DNA of 64,000 nt from Entomortierella parvispora E1425 (Eukaryota; Fungi; Mortierellomycota): the NCBI GenBank assembly GCA_020891255.1, contig BQFW01000001.1, positions 310,001 to 374,000 on the forward strand, written 5' to 3'. This document shows, piece after piece, positions 59,903-64,000 of the stretch (position 1 is the first letter of the stretch; every line of letters starts with the position of its first letter). The notes under the pieces were generated by a model. That model ran no database searches. It saw only the letters and a program-made list of their open reading frames with translations, and had not been told where the DNA came from. A program made the translations under genes and the position numbers.

Positions 59903-62900
59903 TCAACTAGAGTTAGCAGAATCCAATGCTTTCTGCTGAATAGCTTTGAACACTGATGATATCGTATCCTGCATGCTGATACCATCGCGAACAAACTGTA
60001 GTTGCAGCTCTCTTTGCTCCGTGTAGAGACGCAATCCACTGTCATGGGCTTGTAACGACATGACATGGCTGCAGCTGTAGAGAAACAAATGGTTGTTAAA
60101 AAGACAAGCTATCTCGTCTTCTGATAGGGATGGAAGTGAACTGAGCAATGAGGAACCATGACCTTCAAGAACCATGGAGGCAGAGGATCCAATAGCTTCA
60201 TTGTCATCCTTGAGTGTGGCGATTAGGGACTGGATAGCTGATTCTGGCAATGAAGACTGCTTGCCTAATGCCTCTGCTGCTGAAAACCTCTCGTACTGGT
60301 TGTTATCCTTGAGTGCGACAGTAAAGTAATGAATAGCTGGTTCCGGTAATGTAGACAGCTTTGTAACAGGAATACGGTGACATCACGCGATGTGTACCTA
60401 CAAAAGCTAGAAACTTGCAATATAATAAAACTCACTTCTTGTCTCCACTCCACCCTCGATACTCCTATTGCAAGCTTGCCTACTACCTTCGCTGCGAAAT
60501 GCCTCACGTGCCAGTCGCCATCTTTGAGTGCAGCGATGAGGGAATTGATAGCTAGCTCCGGTAATGAAGACTGCTTGCCTAATGCTTCTGCTACTGAAGA
60601 CCTCACTTGCGAGTTGTCATCTTTGAGTGAGGCGATGAGGGAATGAATAGCCGGTTCCTGCAATGGAGACTGCTTGCCTAATGCATCTGCTACTGAAGAC
60701 CTCACTTGCCGGTCGTCATCTTTGAGTGCGGCGATGAGGGAATGAATAGCTGGTTCCTGCAATGAAGACTGTTCGCCTAATGCCTCTGCTGCTGAAGACC
60801 TGACTCGCCGATATTCATCCTTGAGTGCAGCGGTGAGGGAATGAATAGCTGGTTCCGGCAATGAAGACTGCTTGGCTAATGCCGATACTGCAGAAAACTT
60901 GACGTTTTCATTGTCATCCTTGAGAGCGGCGATGAGGGAATGAATAGCTGGTTCCGGAAATGAAGACTGATTGCCTAACACCCTCGCTGCGAAAAGTCCC
61001 ACTTGCCAGTCGTCATCTTTGATTGTAGCGAGGAGAGAATTGATAGCTGGTTCCGGGAATGAAGACTGTTTGTCTAATGCCTCTGCTACTGAAGACCTGA
61101 CTTGCCAATATTCATCCTTGAGTGCAGCGATGAGGGAATGAATAGCTGGTTCCGGCAATGAAGATTGCTTGCCTAATGTCTTTGCTGCTGAAAACCGGAC
61201 ATCTTCATCGTCGTCCTTGAGTACCGCGATGAGGGAATGAATAGCTGGTTCCTGCAATGAAGACTGCTTGCCTAATGCCTCTGCTACTGAAAACCTGACT
61301 CGCCAATATTCATCCTTGAGTGCAGCGGTGAGGGAATGAATAGCTGGTTCCGGTAAGGAAGACTGCTTGCCTAATGCCTTTGCTGCTGAAAACCGGACAT
61401 CTTCATCGTCGTCCTTGAGTACCGCGATGAGGGAATGAATAGCTGGTTCCTGCAATGAAGACTGCTTGCCTAATGCCTCTGCTACTGAAAACCTGACTCG
61501 CCAATATTCATCCTTGAGTGCAGCGGTGAGGGAATGAATAGCTGGTTCCGGTAAGGAAGACTGCTTGCCTAATGCCTTTGCTGCTGAAAACCGGACATCT
61601 TCATCGTCATCCTTGAGTACGGCGATGAGGGAATGAACAGCTGGTTCCTGCAATGAAGACTGTCGGCCTAATACCTCTGCTGCGGAAATCCTCACTTGCC
61701 GGTCGTCATCTTTGAGTGCAGCGATAAGGGAATTGATAGCTGGCTCCGAGAATGAAGACTGCTTGCATAATGCCTTTGCTACTGAAATCCTCACTTGCCA
61801 GTCGTCATCTTTGAGTGCAGCGATGAGGGAATTGATAGCTGGCTCCGGTAACAAAGACTGCTTGCCTAATACCTCCGCTGCGGAAATCCTCACTTGCCGG
61901 TTGTCATCTTTGAGTGCAGCGATCAGGGACTTGATAGCTGGTCCCTGCATTCGAGACTGCTTGCCTAATGCCTTTGCTGCTGAAAACCGGACATCTTCAT
62001 CGTCGTCCTTGAGTACCGCGATGAGGGAATGAATAGCTGGTTCCTGCAATGAAAACTGTTGGCCTAATACCTCTGCTGCGGAAATCCTCACTTGCCGGTC
62101 GTCATCTTTGAGTGCAGCGATCAGGGACGTGATAGCTGACTCTGGTAATGAAGACTGCTTCCATAATGCCGATGCTGCAGAAGACTTGACGTTTTTATCT
62201 TCATCCTTGAGTGCGGCGATGAGGGAATGAATTGCTGGTTCCAGGAATGAGGACTGCTTGTCTAATACCCTTGCTGCGGAAAACCGGACATCTTTATCAT
62301 CATCCTTGAGTGCAGCGATGAGGGAATTGATAGCTGGTTCCGGGAATGAAAACTGTTTGCCTAACACCTCCTCTGCGGAAATCCTCACCTGCCGGTCGTC
62401 ATCTTTGAGTGCAGCGATGAGGGAATTGATAGCTGGTCCCTGCAATAAAGACTGCTTGCCCGATGCCTCTACTGCTGAAGACCTGACTCGCCAATATTCA
62501 TCCTTGAGTGCAGCGGTGAGGGAATGAATAGCTGGTTCCGGCAATGAAGACTGCTTGGCTATGCCGATACTGCAGAAGACTTGACGTTTTTATCGTCATC
62601 CTCGAGTGCGGCGATGATGAGCTGCAACGCTGATTTCGACAGTAGGGAGCGTGATCCTAAAGTATGTAAGAGTGAGGTTTTGCTCGAATGCGCTGAATTT
62701 ATAGCTTCAACTAGGAGTGCCTCAGGGAACGACGGTCGACTGCCTAGCATGCTTCTACTGAAAATATTACGGCGCAAGCGTATCTCCAGGTGTAGCCATC
62801 TTGCAAGCTCTGAGTCGTACGAAGCCACGACTGTCGGGTCCAATCGGGCCCGCGCTTCATGAAGGCAAGAGACTAGGATCTGCTGGTGGCGTCCTCCAAT

Positions 62901-64000
62901 CAAATCCCGTGGCTCTCCTTGCAGAAGTTCAAAAAAATTGGCCAACGGGTCTCCAGCTAATAATCCTGCCACCATCGACCATACAATTTCATACTGAGGG
63001 TTGTATTTGTGATGGTGAACAAAGGCCGTCATCTCCCCCGTATCCATCATTCCAACTGAACATTGCTGAGGTTGAAAATGGCGCACTATCCATGTTGCCG
63101 CGAAATATTCTTGGAACGTCAGATGTAGGAAATGCCAGAGTCGTCGAGAATTGTAGTTTTTGAGATCCGCTGCCGAATCAGCCGTATGTAAAAACGACGT
63201 TTCTTTCATGTGCTCGACCAGGTGGGTAGGCGAAAGCTGTTGGCTAGCTGGTGTAGAGCTCTTCAGATCTTGAAAAGCAGAGCGCATGTCTTTTTCTTCG
63301 AACTCGATTTGGTGATGGTTGGTCATCCCTTTGAAGGCGAGATATCCAAGATGCTGCAGCTCAGTCGCCATCAGCTTGTCAATTTCCTCGGGTTCATAAC
63401 CATGGAGTTGTCGCTCAGTCAGCTCTATTCCACCATCAGTTTTTTTGAGCCGAAGTGCATCCTTGCACCAGAGTTTCCGCACCATTAGTTGATACAGCTG
63501 TGTCATGGTCACTGCCCCGCCATCTGTTGGGAGTGAATTCCAGCTGAAGCAGATCACGTCGAGCTGTACTGGGATGTTGGCGAGTCCTTGAATCAATGGC
63601 GTTTGTCGAATGAACTCCTGGACTGTCCTTGATGGCTCAGGATCGAGCACATTGACCACAAAATCCGTGACATTCTGTTGGCTGAATCCAACAGTTTCGA
63701 GCTCCAGATCAAGTGGTGGTAGTAGTTTGCTGTCCAAGCCAGAGGGTCTTGAGGTGATGATGACCTGTTGCCGCCCAAGTAACATCTTCAAGAAAGATCG
63801 GAAGGTGCTACTTTCGTTCCCTTCGGCCTCTGTGATAATCTCATCCAGACCGTCCAAGATGAAAAGAACCTTGCCCCTTTGAGCGCATGTCACAAGAGTG
63901 GTGGCGAGTGCCACTTGCTCTTGATTGAAGTCCTGAGAGACGAAAACCTTCTCGATAAATAGTCCTTCCAAGGTGCGGCTCTTGAGTCCCCTGAGATGAC
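59903..64000 (-). pseudogene. NLR-like NACHT-HEAT gene 2 (5' part beyond window end), interrupted by a solo LTR and a 1-nt deletion near 62561
   Basis: LFILDGLDE Walker B, WHFLHLTFQEYF, about 24 HEAT repeats of 33 aa, C-terminus homologous to gene 1. Confidence 0.9.
60362..60472 (+). mobile_element. Solo LTR of the same chromovirus, TSD AGCTT
   Basis: Exact reverse complement of the other LTRs. AGCTT at 60357-60361 and 60473-60477. Removal restores ...KVVGKLSTLPEPAIH.... Confidence 0.97.

Noticed and set aside
1-64000. tRNA or rRNA genes, and RIP-like mutation of repeats
   Set aside because: No convincing cloverleaf or rRNA motifs seen by eye; duplicated retroelement copies show no C-to-T excess.

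Overview
Eukaryotic, intron-containing DNA. The gene families (NACHT-pentapeptide-WD40, NACHT-HEAT, tandem F-box/LRR genes) suggest a Mortierellaceae-type fungus (inference). Two housekeeping genes, histone H2B and condensin CAP-H/BRN1, sit in an accessory-rich region. That region holds three NLR-like genes, three F-box genes, a five-copy small membrane-protein family and a 72/144-bp satellite. It also holds three insertions of one very young Ty3/Gypsy chromovirus with 111-bp LTRs: one partial copy, one full copy with TSD CCAGG, and one solo LTR with TSD AGCTT. The most striking feature is a six-exon gene at 29253-33588 that I could splice by hand into an intact 1290-aa ORF. It fuses an N-terminal FEN1/XPG-like PIN nuclease to a C-terminal TnpB/Fanzor-type RuvC with a zinc finger. 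It is followed directly by a run of hairpins including a C(UUCG)G tetraloop, a candidate omega-RNA. Several single-base frameshifts fall in homopolymers and may be sequencing errors.
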